This document shows positions 12,166 through 24,050 of a stretch of DNA of 64,000 nucleotides, in pieces. The translations under genes and the position numbers were made by a program. The stretch is taken from contig NC_091999.1 in NCBI RefSeq assembly GCF_044704955.1, positions 26,722,001 through 26,786,000 of the forward strand. Reading direction: 5' to 3'. Origin of the DNA: Pristiophorus japonicus (taxonomy: Eukaryota). Each line of letters starts with the position of its first letter. Position 1 is the stretch's first letter. The notes under the pieces were generated by a model that saw only the letters and a list, made by a program, of their open reading frames with translations, was not told the DNA's origin and ran no database searches.

Positions 12166-15100
12166 TTATTTAATACATTTAAAAATTACAGTAAAGGGAT
12201 ATTTCACCACATTCTTCAACTCCTCTCTGAATTTCGACTGGGTCACGGCATAAATACATGTGTTGGTGCAGCAACTCAGGAGCTGAAGCATAAATCCAAT
12301 TTCCTGTACATATTGAGGTAGATATACAGGAATAAAGTTTAACAAATACAATCGTTCAACCACAGAATATAAGAGAAACACTGCCCATAGCAGGATAAAA
12401 TTGCCGGATATAACAAACAGTAAAATGATGGATTTCCTTCGCTTCTCCATCTCTGGGTCACTGGGAATCTCCCCACTGCTGTGGGCCCTGAGTCTCCTGC
12501 GGGCTCTGCTCGATACTAAAACCTGTCTGACAGTTAAAGTATTGAGCAGAAGGATCAGAACAAATGGAATAAACGGTGTTATAATATAATGAAGGAATTC
12601 AATTACTGCCCATGATAGTGACTCAGAGACTTCCCATGTAACAAAACAAAACCAGCTACCATTGGAAATCTGATACATACCTCCATACATAAAGTACCAG
12701 AAAGTGTTCTTTACACAGAATAGCGCACTCAGTGTTCCCATAGCCACAGTCGCCGTTTTCTCGGTGCAATATTTGGTTTTGAGCTTCTGACAACAAATGG
12801 CTATACATCGATCAAAGGTAAAAGCAACTGTGAACCAGACGGAACAGTCAGTGACTGCGTAAAGCAGGATGGCATGGATATTACACACTTTGCTCTTCCA
12901 CTTGAAATCAAACGCGGTTGAATAAAGAATAGGAATCTGCCTGGATATCAGGTCGAGGATAACGACCAGTAGATCTGCCGCTGCCATTGCCACCAGGTAA
13001 CGGCTGACACACTTGGAGAGACCGCACCTTCCTCGAGACAGGATCATTATCGTCACTAAGTTCACTGCAAGAAAGAGAAAAACAGGGAATTTATATTTCA
13101 GATTGAGAGCAACATCAGCTGTCTCAAAGAATTATGTGTGAAATGTGTCAGGATTAAATGAACTATACAATGGGACGTGTGGTGTTTGGGTCAGGACTGA
13201 TTACACCAGCGGATGGGACGTGTGGTGTTTGGGTCAGAACTGATTACACCAGCGGATGGGACGTGAGGTGTTTGGGTCAGGACTGATTACACCAGCGGAT
13301 GGGTCGTGTGGTGTTTGGCACAGGTATTGAAAGAACCAATATATGGGACGTGTGGGTGTCGGGGCAAGGACTGAATGTACCAATGGATGGAACGTGTGGG
13401 CGTTGGCTCTGGACTGAATGTACCAGTGGATGGGATGTTTGGGTGTTGTGACAGGGAGTGAGTGAAGCGGTGGATGTGATGTGTGGTTGCTGGGTCATGA
13501 CTGAAAGAGTTAATGTGTTGGACTTTTGCCGGGATGTTAAAGCGCTGAATGAGACTAATATATAACGCCATATCCAAGTCAGAGTGAGCAATAATTCAGC
13601 ACAAGAAGCCGCGAGTTTGTCAATAACCTGTGTCCATTGAGGGGAATAGAGTCATTGTCCAGGGATGGGAATGTAGTCTGGGGACAGCGAGGGGAATGGA
13701 ATCTGTGTCCAGGGAGGAGAATGGAGTTGTGGGCCAAGGGAGGAATGGAGTCTGTGGCCAAGAAAAGGAATGGAGTCTGTACAGGGAGGGGAATGGAGTC
13801 TGTGGCCAAGGTGGGGAATGAAATTTGTTGCCAGAGAGGGGAATGGAGTCTTTGGCGAGATTATGGCGGTTGTGTCGAAGGCTGAAGAAGATGACTTGAA
13901 TTGCATTATGTATCGAAATCAGAACCTTTCCAACCATTGTATTGAAAGTACACTTTGTAACTGGCTTAAGCTGACTTTCCAGGAATATTGCAAATAATCT
14001 TTAAAGAAGGGACTGTCGCTTTACAATAGACTAATGATGACCCATGTTGTATGATGTCACAGAGGATTTTCGAACGTGTCTGTTTACAGCTGGAACTGTG
14101 TCAACCTGCTGCCTTTCACCTGGTGTGAGAAAGTTACAGACTTCCAGTTGACAGAGAGAGTTTGAGACTGGAAATATCAAAATATTTCACAATATAGTGC
14201 TACATTTTGAATAGTTGCTACCGTGCGGCCCACACCGAGATCTCCTGAACTGTGGCTGAACAAGGGAAATAAATCAATTCAAGCACAACTGAATAAACAT
14301 TTTACTGGAAGACGCATTGCAGTTTTAACCCGGTCCTGATCATCTGGAATTAGTGACTATGAGGCAGAGCGGGAGGCGGTGGAAATTACGACAACTGTCT
14401 ATAGCTGAATCATTAGTGGATAATGTCTCATATCTCAGTGTATTTGTGAAGGATCTCTCAACGCTGATTTCCACAGAGCAGTGTCATTAACAATAACCAG
14501 CGGTCCTTAAAACACGTATTACCGCTGAACACATATTTATTATCCAACACTGGGCATCAGTGCAGAAAGCTGACTGCAAGCTGTTCAATAATCTAATCGT
14601 TCACTAACATATCTTGTGTCAATAAAATAAAATTTCTGTCAAATCCTGTAAACCACTATCACTGGAAACAATTTGCGGAAACAACACACTGTTTATTGAA
14701 CTGGGAGCAGTGAGTCAGCAAATGATCAAACATTACATGACAGAAACTTCCGTGCATTGCCTGACACAGAACAAGAGGTTTAAATTGTGAAAACAACATA
14801 CTGTTCATTGAACTGGGATCAGCGAATCAGCAAATCATCAAACATTACATGACAGAAACTTCCGTGCATTGCCAGACACAGAAAATAGGTTTAAATTGTG
14901 AAAACAACATACTGTTCATTGAACTGGGAGCAGCAAATTAACAAATGATCAAACATTACATGACAGAAACTTCTTTGCATTGCCAGACACAGAACAAGAG
15001 GTTTAAATTGAATACAATTAATAACTAGAACTAAAGGACAAGGACAGAAAATACAGGGAAACATGGGTTACATAATTAATTGTAGATGAAGGACTCACCA

Positions 15101-15195
15101 GGAACACCAACTGCAGCGAGGAGCGGGTAATAAATACGTTCCACATTTAAAAGTGCCAACAGGATCCTAAGCTCAGTTGGAATCTCCCAGAACAT
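12166..15195 (-). CDS. Class A GPCR, GPR139/GPR142-like, 2 exons (15195-15099, 13064-12166), ~331 aa, apparently intact
   Basis: Exon 1 MFWEIPTELRILLALLNVERIYYPLLAAVGVP with phase-1 GT donor; AG acceptor at 13066-13065 continues VNLVTIMILSRGRCGLS; YLVAMAAADL, SVWFTVAFTFDRCIAIC (DRY variant), PFVLILLLN, NTCIY; 7 hydrophobic segments, no stops. Confidence 0.9.
13170..13500. repeat. 43-bp tandem repeat in GPCR intron
   Basis: Unit gatgggacgtgtggtgtttgggtcaggactgattacaccagcg; starts 13212 and 13255. Confidence 0.9.
13630..13856. repeat. ~23-bp tandem repeat in GPCR intron
   Basis: Recurrent ggaatggagtctgtggccaag. Confidence 0.85.
14678..15010. repeat. ~111-bp tandem repeat, 3 copies, in GPCR intron
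   Basis: aaacaacatactgttcattgaactggg...gtttaaattg at ~14678, 14791, 14902. Confidence 0.9.
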
Positions 15196-15284
15196 GACTT
15201 GACTTTCTGTGACCTCCAATGAGAACTGTTCGTTTTAGAAAACAACTTCAGTCAAACATTGCTATACAGGCTGAAAAAAATCCC

Positions 15285-15292
15285 TATTTATA
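15285..15292 (-). promoter_or_regulatory. TATA box of the GPCR gene
   Basis: TATAAATA on minus strand ~90 bp upstream of ATG at 15195. Confidence 0.6.
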
Positions 15293-15647
15293 GGCTGAGT
15301 GATCTCTCCAGTGAGACAATTAAACTGCACACTGAAGGATATTAATCACAGTCACTGAATAAACAAGTTTTCCGAACCTTTTCTTTGCATCACTTTCAAT
15401 TGCAAAATATCTTAAAAGCAACGTGGCTTTCAGATCAAATAACTTTATCCAAAACCAAGCACTATTGGTAAAAGCAGAAATAGTTAAGTCCACAGAATCA
15501 CAGCATGCATGTGAAGGGAGCAGCTTCATTTAGGGAGTTTATATTATTACTGAGAAATAAAATAACTCTGTAATTTCACAATTTCAATTCACTTCTCGGC
15601 GTAACACAAGTGAAATAAAACAAATGGAAGGATAGATTTCTAAGTAA

Positions 15648-16642
15648 AGGTCAGTAACATACATGGGGACTGACAGTACAGTGCTAAGTAAGGATACATT
15701 GGCACTGATAATACAATGGTCAGTAAAGATATATGACGACTGATCACACACTGGTCAGTAATGATACATGAGGACTGATAATACAATGGTCAGTAAGTAT
15801 ACATGGGGACTGATAATACAGTGGTCAGTAAGGGTACATGAGGACTGATAATACAATGGTCAGTATGGGTACATGGGGACTGATAATACAGTGGTCAGTA
15901 AGGGTACATGAGGACTAATAATACAATGGTCAGTAAGGGTACATGATGACTGTTAATATAATGGCGAGTAAGGATACATGGGACTGATAATACAGTGCTC
16001 ACTAAGTGTACATGCGGATGGATAATACAGTCGTCAATTAGGATACATGGGGACAGATAATACAATGGTCAGTAAGGGTAAATGGGGACTGATAATACAG
16101 TGGGCAGGAAGGGTACATGGGGACTGATAATACAGTGGTCAGTAAGGGTACATGGGGATTGATAATACAATGGTCAGTAAGGGTACATGGTGACTGTTAA
16201 TATAATGGCGAGTAAGGATACATGGGACTGATAATACAGTGGTCACTAAGTGAACATGCGGATGGATAATACAGTCGTCAATTAGGATACATGGGGACAG
16301 ATAATACAATGGTCAGTAAGGGTACATTGGGAAGGATAATAAAATGGTGAGTAAGGGTAGATGGTGACTGTTAATATAATGGTGAGTAAGGATACATGTG
16401 GACAGATAATACAGAGGTCAGTAAGGATACATGGGGACAGATAATACAGTGGTCACGAAGGGGACATGGGGCATATAATATATTGGTCAGTAATGGTTCA
16501 TGGGGACAGATAATACAGTGGTCCGTAAGGGCATATGGGGGCCGATAACATATTGGTCAATAAGGGTACATGGGGACAGATAATACAATGGTCAGTAAGG
16601 ATACATGTGTGCTGTTAATACAATGGTCAGTAAGGATTCATG
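15648..16642. repeat. 35-bp minisatellite, ~28 copies
   Basis: Unit ggtcagtaagggtacatggggactgataatacaat; starts 15788 and 15823. Confidence 0.95.
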
Positions 16643-16699
16643 GCGACCTATGCCATGCAGATAGTCACACGCCATGCTATCGTTTATTTTACTCAGAGC

Positions 16700-18778
16700 A
16701 TGAAATGGAGAGACTGGAGGTGAGGAAATGCGATGAAAGGAGCAGAGAGGTGAGGTGGGGAGAAGAGAGAGGACAGGAGGCGGGAGGGGAGTAGGCGAAA
16801 GGAGATGAGTGTGGAGGAGAGCAGAGGAGGGGAATAGGAGAGCAGAGGTGAGGGGAGGAGATGAGTGGAGTGGAGAAGACAGCAGAGCAGAGTAGAGGAT
16901 AGGAGGTGAGAGGAGAGGTTGGAGGAGGAAAGAGAGAAGATGAGCAGGAAGGGGAGAAGGGTTTAGTGGAGGAGAGGATAGAGGAGAGGGGAAGTAGAGA
17001 GGAGAGCAGAGCAGAGATGAGTAGAGAAAAGTTGATAAGAGGTAAGGAGAGGACAAGAGAGGAGAAAAGAGGGCAGAGGAGAAGATAGGAGAGGGGAAGA
17101 GAGGAGAGGAGGGGAATGGAGATGAGAGTGTAGGGGAGATGGCAGGAGAGGAGAGTGGAATAGAGGTGGGGAGAAGGTAGGGGAGAGAAGAGAGATGAGA
17201 GGGGAGAGGAGGAGAGGAGCGGAACGTAGAAGGGAGGAATGGAGTGAAGTGGAGAGAGGAGAGAGGATGCGAGGGAAGCAGAGTAGAGCAGAGGAGAGGG
17301 GAAGGGCGGCGGGAGAGTAGAGGAGAGACCATCAGAGGAGAAGAGAGGAATAGAGTGGGGAGAGCAGGGGCGAGAAGAGATGAGAAGGGAGGGGAGGAGA
17401 GGGGAGAAGAGAGGGGAAGTGGGGAGGAGAATGGAGGGGAGAAGAGCTGTGGAGAGTCGAGCAACGGAGAGGAGAGTAGAGGAGATGAGAGGAGAGGAGA
17501 GAAAAGATGAAAAGGAGAGAGGAGGGTAGTAGATTAGAGGAGAGGAGAGGATGAGACATGGGACAAGAGAGGAGAGTAGAAAAGAAGGCAGGAGAGGAAA
17601 GAAGAGTGGGTAGTGGAGAGGTGAGTAGAGGTGAATGGAAAAGAGGGGTGGTGAAGTTAGGGGAGAGGAGAGGAGAGAGAAGACAATGAATGAGAGGAGG
17701 AGGTGAAAAGAGGGTAGAGGAAAGGAGAGCAGATGGGAGGAGAGGGTAGGAGGGCAAGGAGAGGAGTGGAGAAGAGAGGAGTGGAGAGGGTACAGGAGAA
17801 CAGAGTGAACGTGAGGAGCGGGAAGGAGAAGAGAGGGGAGAACATCAGAGGACACAAGTTGAGGAGAGGAGTTAAAATGAAAGGGGAGAAGAGGGGAGAC
17901 GGAGGGGAGAGGGGAGAGGAGAAGAGGGGAGAATTTAGGGGAGCGGAGTAGAGATGATTGGAGTGGAGAAGAGAGTAGAGATAGAAGCGACTTGAAAACA
18001 GGGGGGAGGAGAGGATAGGGGAGGAGAGGAGATAATTGGAGATGAGAGAGCAGAGGAGAGGAGATGAGAGGAGATGAGAGGAGAATGGAGGAGAGGAAAG
18101 GGGAGGAGAAATTGGTCGGGGTGAGGGGAGAATGGAATAGAGGCATGGAGAAGGTAGGCGAGAGGGGAGAAAATGAGGACATAAGAGAGTTGAGGAGAAC
18201 AGCTGAATGGGGAGGAGAATTGTGGAAAGGCGGGGAGATGGGAGAGGAGAGAGGAGAGAACGGGAAAACAGGTGAGGAGAGAAGTGGAGAGGAGAGAGGA
18301 GCAGATGGGAGAAGGGATGAGCCGAGTGGAGCGGATAGAGGAGGAGAGGGGAGAGGAGGAGAGAAGATGAAAGGAAAAGGAGGTGAGCAGAGTAGAGAGG
18401 AGATGAGAGGAGTGTGGAGGAGAGGGGAGGCGAGAGGCGGAGAGTTGTGGAGAGGGCAGGAAAAGAGGGACGAGCGGAGAGAGGAGGGTAGAGATGAGCA
18501 GGGAGGGGACGAGAGTGTAGGGGAGGAGAGGTGAGAAGAAAGCAGAGCAGGGGAGAGTAGAGGAATGGAGAGTAGATGTGATGAGAGGAGAGGAGAGGTA
18601 ATTGGAGTGAAGAAGGGAGGGGATTAGAGGGGAGGACTGGGCAGGGGACAGGAGAGGGTAGGGGCGAGGATAGGAGAGGAGAATAGAGTAGAGGAGGGAA
18701 GAAGGCAGGGGAGAGGAGAGGAGACGAGCATAGGAGAGATGTGAGGAGAGAGGAGAGGGGAGGGGTGAGGAGGGGAGG
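16700..18778. repeat. GA-rich polypurine low-complexity tract (~2 kb)
   Basis: Degenerate (ggaga)n. Confidence 0.95.
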
Positions 18779-19376
18779 TGTTGGGGTAAAAAGGAGGCTT
18801 CTCTCCTTTAACGTGGACTAACTGATGGAGCTAAACGACATCTCGCCCAGCTTCCCACTGTATAACGACCAAGGAAGTAAACAAACGAAACCTCAGGTTT
18901 ATTGGTTTTATTACGAGCAATGCACGGGAAGGTTCAATCTTGGAACCTCTGAAATAGAAGGGTTTTCAAGCATAATTTATACAGGTGTTGGAGAGGAGCT
19001 TTCCTCCTGCAAAATCATCGATAGTTCTATTGCTATTAGCGAAGTTACATTGATTTATTGACTCTTATCAGATGGGCTCTGAGTGGTACATGCAACAGCC
19101 CATCTCTCATCTTTGTTTTGTTCCATTTTGCCCTCTACCCCAGTATATCCGATGTCTGGTACGGTTGTCCTGGCTTCTTTATCTCTTCTCAGGGACTTGT
19201 AAAGAAAACTGCTGATTTTGGCTGCTTAAGTCTTACTAAGGTTAAGCTATAATATGCTGCGTATAAGCGTGTTATACCTTTATAAGCAAGTGTTACATAC
19301 ATAGGTAATTGATAAGTTCACAACCTTCAGCATAATTCTGACCCCATATCTACAACCTTATTATTTATCCTTTACG
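18779..19376 (-). repeat. 3' LTR of ERV-A
   Basis: Starts TGTTGGGG on +; alignable to 26474-27070; polypurine tract agggggaa on minus strand at ~19378-19386. Confidence 0.88.
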
Positions 19377-19499
19377 ATTCCCCCTAATGGCCCTTGGCTA
19401 TATGCCCAAGATAGGCAATTTCGCAATTAATTCCACATGGGTGAGCTTCCAGGGGTGACCTTTTACTGGGTAGTGCTACTTCCCGAGCTCCTGGACCTA

Positions 19500-21480
19500 T
19501 CTGTTGGTTTGCCCATCAAGGTTGTACTATGTATGTCCTTTCTGCCGGACAGTCTGATTTCCCTTTGTTCAATGTTTTATCCATAGTACGGACTAGGGCC
19601 TGCCTCTTACGTCGGTTGCAGCTTTTTAAAGGATAATACTAGCAAGGTGAGTTCCCTTGCACTACAACCAGTACAATGAGTCCAGCATAGTTCGTGTATA
19701 AGTCCTTTCTAGCCAATATTTTCTCGGTGTTAGAATTATGCCCCGCCTGGGGTATCCTCTCTTTCTTCTATTTTTCTTCCACTTGGGGTCTTCTCTATTG
19801 TACCGAATTCCTGCCCTGCCTGGGGTATCCTCTATGTTGACGAATGGTGTACAATTCAGTCCAGTTTGTTTCTCTTTCAGTTGGAGTATTGGTTTTCCTT
19901 GTTGTCCGATGGCCTTCGCATAACCTCCTTAGGTAATGTCCATCATTGCCCCGTCGATCTTTCCTCCTTTAGCTCAGGGGTTGTAATAAACCCATTTATA
20001 TCTGTCTCGTCAAGTGGAGTAAAGCAGAAGTCAATATCCATAATGGTGCATGACGTGTTCCTTTCTTCATTTCAGTTGCCGTGATGCTCACACATGAATC
20101 TCCATATCCTCGTGAAACAGCGATAATTTTGTAGTCCTGTGTTAGTGGGGGTGATGCTCAAGGTGCACCCGTCCACTTGGTTATATCCACAGTCATCTTT
20201 GAACATTCGTAGTAGATCTCGAAATAAAGCAACTTTTTACTCCTACATTGTTTGGTGTAGAGTATCTACGATTGTCACATCATACTGTCATATAGATAAT
20301 AAAAAATCTATTTAATGTGCGGTTACACAGCAGGCCTTTGAAACCCAAGCATGACTGTTTCTCTGCACCTCGCAGGCATGAGTCATGTTTTTTCTAAGGT
20401 CCAGTTGGTAAATATATCGAGTATTTTCCAATCCGGCACCTTTCTATTCTGAAGCTGTTCAATGTTATGTTGTATTCCATTCAGCAACCATACTCCATAT
20501 CCTATACATAATAGTTCTGTCTGTATGGTTTTACTTAAGTTCGTTTCTGCTCTTTTCATTTTTAGTTCTGGCGTGGTCTCGCAATGTGTGGGCCACTTTA
20601 ATAATTCCCTTTCTGCGCCATTACCGAGTTGTGTCTGTAACTTTTCATGATCCTCATCCCTTTCCAGCAATCCCTGTAAGGTTTGTGTTTGGGCGTTAAC
20701 TCGATCATCTATCGTGTCTGGCTCGATAGTGTTCCAACTCCCGCATTGTATCCCACCGTGTACCATTTCTAGCATCCCTCTTTTTCCCCTGTCCCGTTTT
20801 TTACCTGACCCTCTTTCGACAATAAATTTCATGGCTTTTGATTGAGGGCCTTTAAGTGCTCGCAGGGTCAGGTTTCTATACAGGCTTATACTGTTTAACC
20901 TGCAGGTGTTGGTGTTAGTTATATTGTTTAAATTTACGAATACAGTAATTATTCGCTGACGTACCCTGAAGTGTATCTTATCCTTGGTCTGCCATAGCAA
21001 TTTCTCTTTTGCCCCAGTGTTCACAGTTGGACAGGTTTGTGGCGCTAGGGGTGTGATGGTCGAGGTCCTGGTAATGCTCACTGTTGCTAAACTAGTGGAT
21101 GGGGCCGTGTTGGTGGGTCTATCTCTGGAGATATCCCTCCACCACCATTCATAGATTTTAGTGAAATCTGCACCCCCTTCCCCGGGTGCAGTATGTTTGA
21201 CCCTCCTGATTATAAAACACACCGCGGTCTTATTCCCACTAATTATGGTCCCGTATTATTGACACATCCCCAATGTTGTTTCGTTTCCTTGTTACGTTGT
21301 TTTATGCCCGTTATTTAACTCTACTGTTGTTCCGTCCGTCACCATCAGTGTTTTTGATGTTTTATTAAACTAATGTCGCCCAAGTCCCTGTAATACAGGC
21401 CTTGCCATCCCTCAGTCTGTTGTCCCTGATATGAGGCTGCGTTACTCCACGTTATTTCCACGAGCTCTTGAGTCCTGCAA
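19500..21480 (-). pseudogene. ERV-A env remnant
   Basis: ORF 20383-21222: Thr-rich SU with N-glyc sites, KKRDRGKR|GMLEMVHGG cleavage/fusion-peptide-like junction, heptad-like region; rest disrupted; outer boundaries approximate. Confidence 0.75.
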
Positions 21481-21499
21481 AAAGCAATATTTTCCAGTC

Positions 21500-24050
21500 G
21501 TCACTGGTTAGTTAGTGACCATGCTTTTTTAACTGGATCCAGTGTTTCCACTTGCCGATACTCCTTATAAGTACCATAACTTACCATGATTACGTGATAG
21601 AGGCCGATCCATTTGGATGCGATCCCGAACCTCTCTGGGGTAATCTCTTGACTGCCTATTTGGGGTGTTTGGAACTTCTGTTTCTTAGTGTCGTTCTCTA
21701 AATCCATCACCAGCATCTGGACATCAAGTTTATCATGTTGGTTCTACCTGTATGCACATACCCGTGGTATAAATTTAATAGGCTCCCGTGGATGCATTCC
21801 GGGGCCACCACATTCCCATCTTTTCTCCATATCCCGTCGGTCCCTTGTTTGGCCCTCTCTGCTTCCACTCCTCCTGTTCCTGCGGAGTGGCCTCTCCCTG
21901 TACCTCAAGCATATTTACTTCCTCAGGCCCAATTGTACATGCTCCGCCTTGGGCTTCCCCGGCCAGTGTACCTGCCACTCGCTTGGCTGCTTCATCTGTC
22001 CATGCATTCCCCTGTTCATACTGATCATTATTTTTTACGTGTGCTTTGATCTTTATTATCGCACACTCCTGGGGTAGGAAGGAGGCTTCCACTAGATGTT
22101 TCCCAATCTCTTCATGTTTAATCGGTCCTCCTCCTGAGGTCGTGTATCACCGTCTGCTCCAGGCTATCATATAATCATGCTCTACTCCGAAAGCATATCG
22201 ACTGTCTGTATAGATATTTACTCATTTTCCCCTCGCAAGCCTCAGAGCCTCAGTGAGAACCACTAGTTCAACCACTTGAGCTGATAGATTCTCTACTAAC
22301 CGTCCTTCCCCTTTGACCTGACCGCTGCTATCTACCACGACCCATCCTGTCTGTGGTGTCCCATTGATATAGCGCCGAAACTCATCTACATTTCGATCCA
22401 TGTCTGCCTCCTCAAGCAGGGTTTCACTTGCCTGACTACTTCCCTCATCTTCTGTTGTGCTACAATGATGCTCCTCTCCCTTTGTAATGATCCACCCTGC
22501 AGGCGTCTTTTATTATTGTTACCGTCCCGTTGAGTGGGGCGGGGCGGGGGGTGGGGGGTGGCGGGAGAGGAGAGGGGAGAACATTATTTACCACCTCGCC
22601 ATTTGTGCATCGAATACATTTTTAGCCTTCCAGTTTTAAATAATTCTACTGAGGTACGCTGGGTTTGTAGAATAATGCACCCTGACATTATTATTGGTTC
22701 GTTAAATCTGATGGCCCAAGCCGCACAGTCGTGGGCAGCAACGCACCTGGACAGTCCTGCAGCTACAGGTTGCGGTTTATCTGAGTAATATGCCACTGGT
22801 CTATGCCTGTCTCCATGTAATTGAATCACCACCGCGTTATAATGATGGTTAATATGGTAGGTATAGACGTGAAAGGGCCTATTCTGGTCTGGTAGTCCCA
22901 GGGCTGGAGCACTTGTGAGAGTTTGTTTTAACCGCACACATGCAGTTTCTTGATCTGGACCCCAGTTTACTGGCTCTTAGGAGGGTTCCCATCCTTTGAC
23001 CTGTTTCTGTATAGGTTAGGTCATCTTGGCATATTCGGGAATAACATTTCTGCAGTAGTTGAATAGCCCGAGTACCTGCCTGACCCCTTTCACGGTTCCT
23101 GATCTGGGGATTGATTGAATTGTTCCTTACTGTCCTCGGGCATCTGTCTCTTCCCTTACGATATTATGTATCCCAGATATGTTACTTCGCTCCTTCTTTC
23201 TCCTGACAATATTCGATGAAAGATGCTCCAGCTGTTATTGAATCCCAGTGGTACCTTCGCCCATGTGTTTTGTTATCCATTTACCTTGAAGACAAATTTT
23301 CCTTGAGACTCTTTGGCTAAGGGAATAGTCCAAGTTCCATTCACTATATCCAGCATGGTGAATATCTTATGATCTGGATCCAGGCCATTAAAAATTGTGG
23401 CTGGACTTGCCAATATTGGGTGTTCTCCGGAAGTCACCTTATTCAGGGTGGTATAATCGATAGTCAATCGGTAAGACCTGTCGGGTTTCTTCATCAGCCA
23501 CACAGGTGAATTAATGGAGGCTATTACATGTTTCAATATACTTTGCTCCTCTAATTCATGCACTATCTAACAGACCGCTTCCTCAGCTTCTGGTGTTAAT
23601 TGGAACTGTCGGTGAGCTTTGTGTTCGGGTCCAGGAATTTTGATGGGTGATATCTCTGCTAATCCATAATCTTGTTTGCATTGTGCCCACAGAGTCGGGT
23701 ATAATTGGCACACGCTAGCCCATACACGCTTTGTTTCCCTCTCGGGTTGGATTATGGTTGTTCCTACCACTCGTTGCTGCTGGTGTCCCGGGTTTTCGAA
23801 CTTAATTCGGTTTCGTGCTTATCTCCCAAAATTATCCGATTACGCTGAAGAGCTATCAGTACCCCTATCTCCCTTAATGTATCGCTGCCTTCTGTATGCC
23901 TTCTTTATGTTGTCTTCTGTATTCTGACAGCACCAAAACTGAGCAGGTAGCATTACCCCTGTACTTCGACAACACCATCTCACTTCGGGTCGCTTTCTGA
24001 TATCCCCCACTCTCTCCTTGTATGTTGATGGTCCTATGGGTCAGGGGCAA
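21500..24050 (-). pseudogene. ERV-A pro-pol remnant (integrase largely deleted)
   Basis: RT, tether and RNase H motifs in broken frames; only ~250 bp left between RNase H end and env. Confidence 0.85.

Noticed and set aside
15648-16642. Regular 35-bp repeats resembling a CRISPR array
   Set aside because: Head-to-tail tandem units with no unique spacers, no cas genes, vertebrate DNA
16592-18534. Long Ser/Pro/Leu- or Glu/Arg/Gly-rich ORFs
   Set aside because: Translation of a GA-rich low-complexity tract
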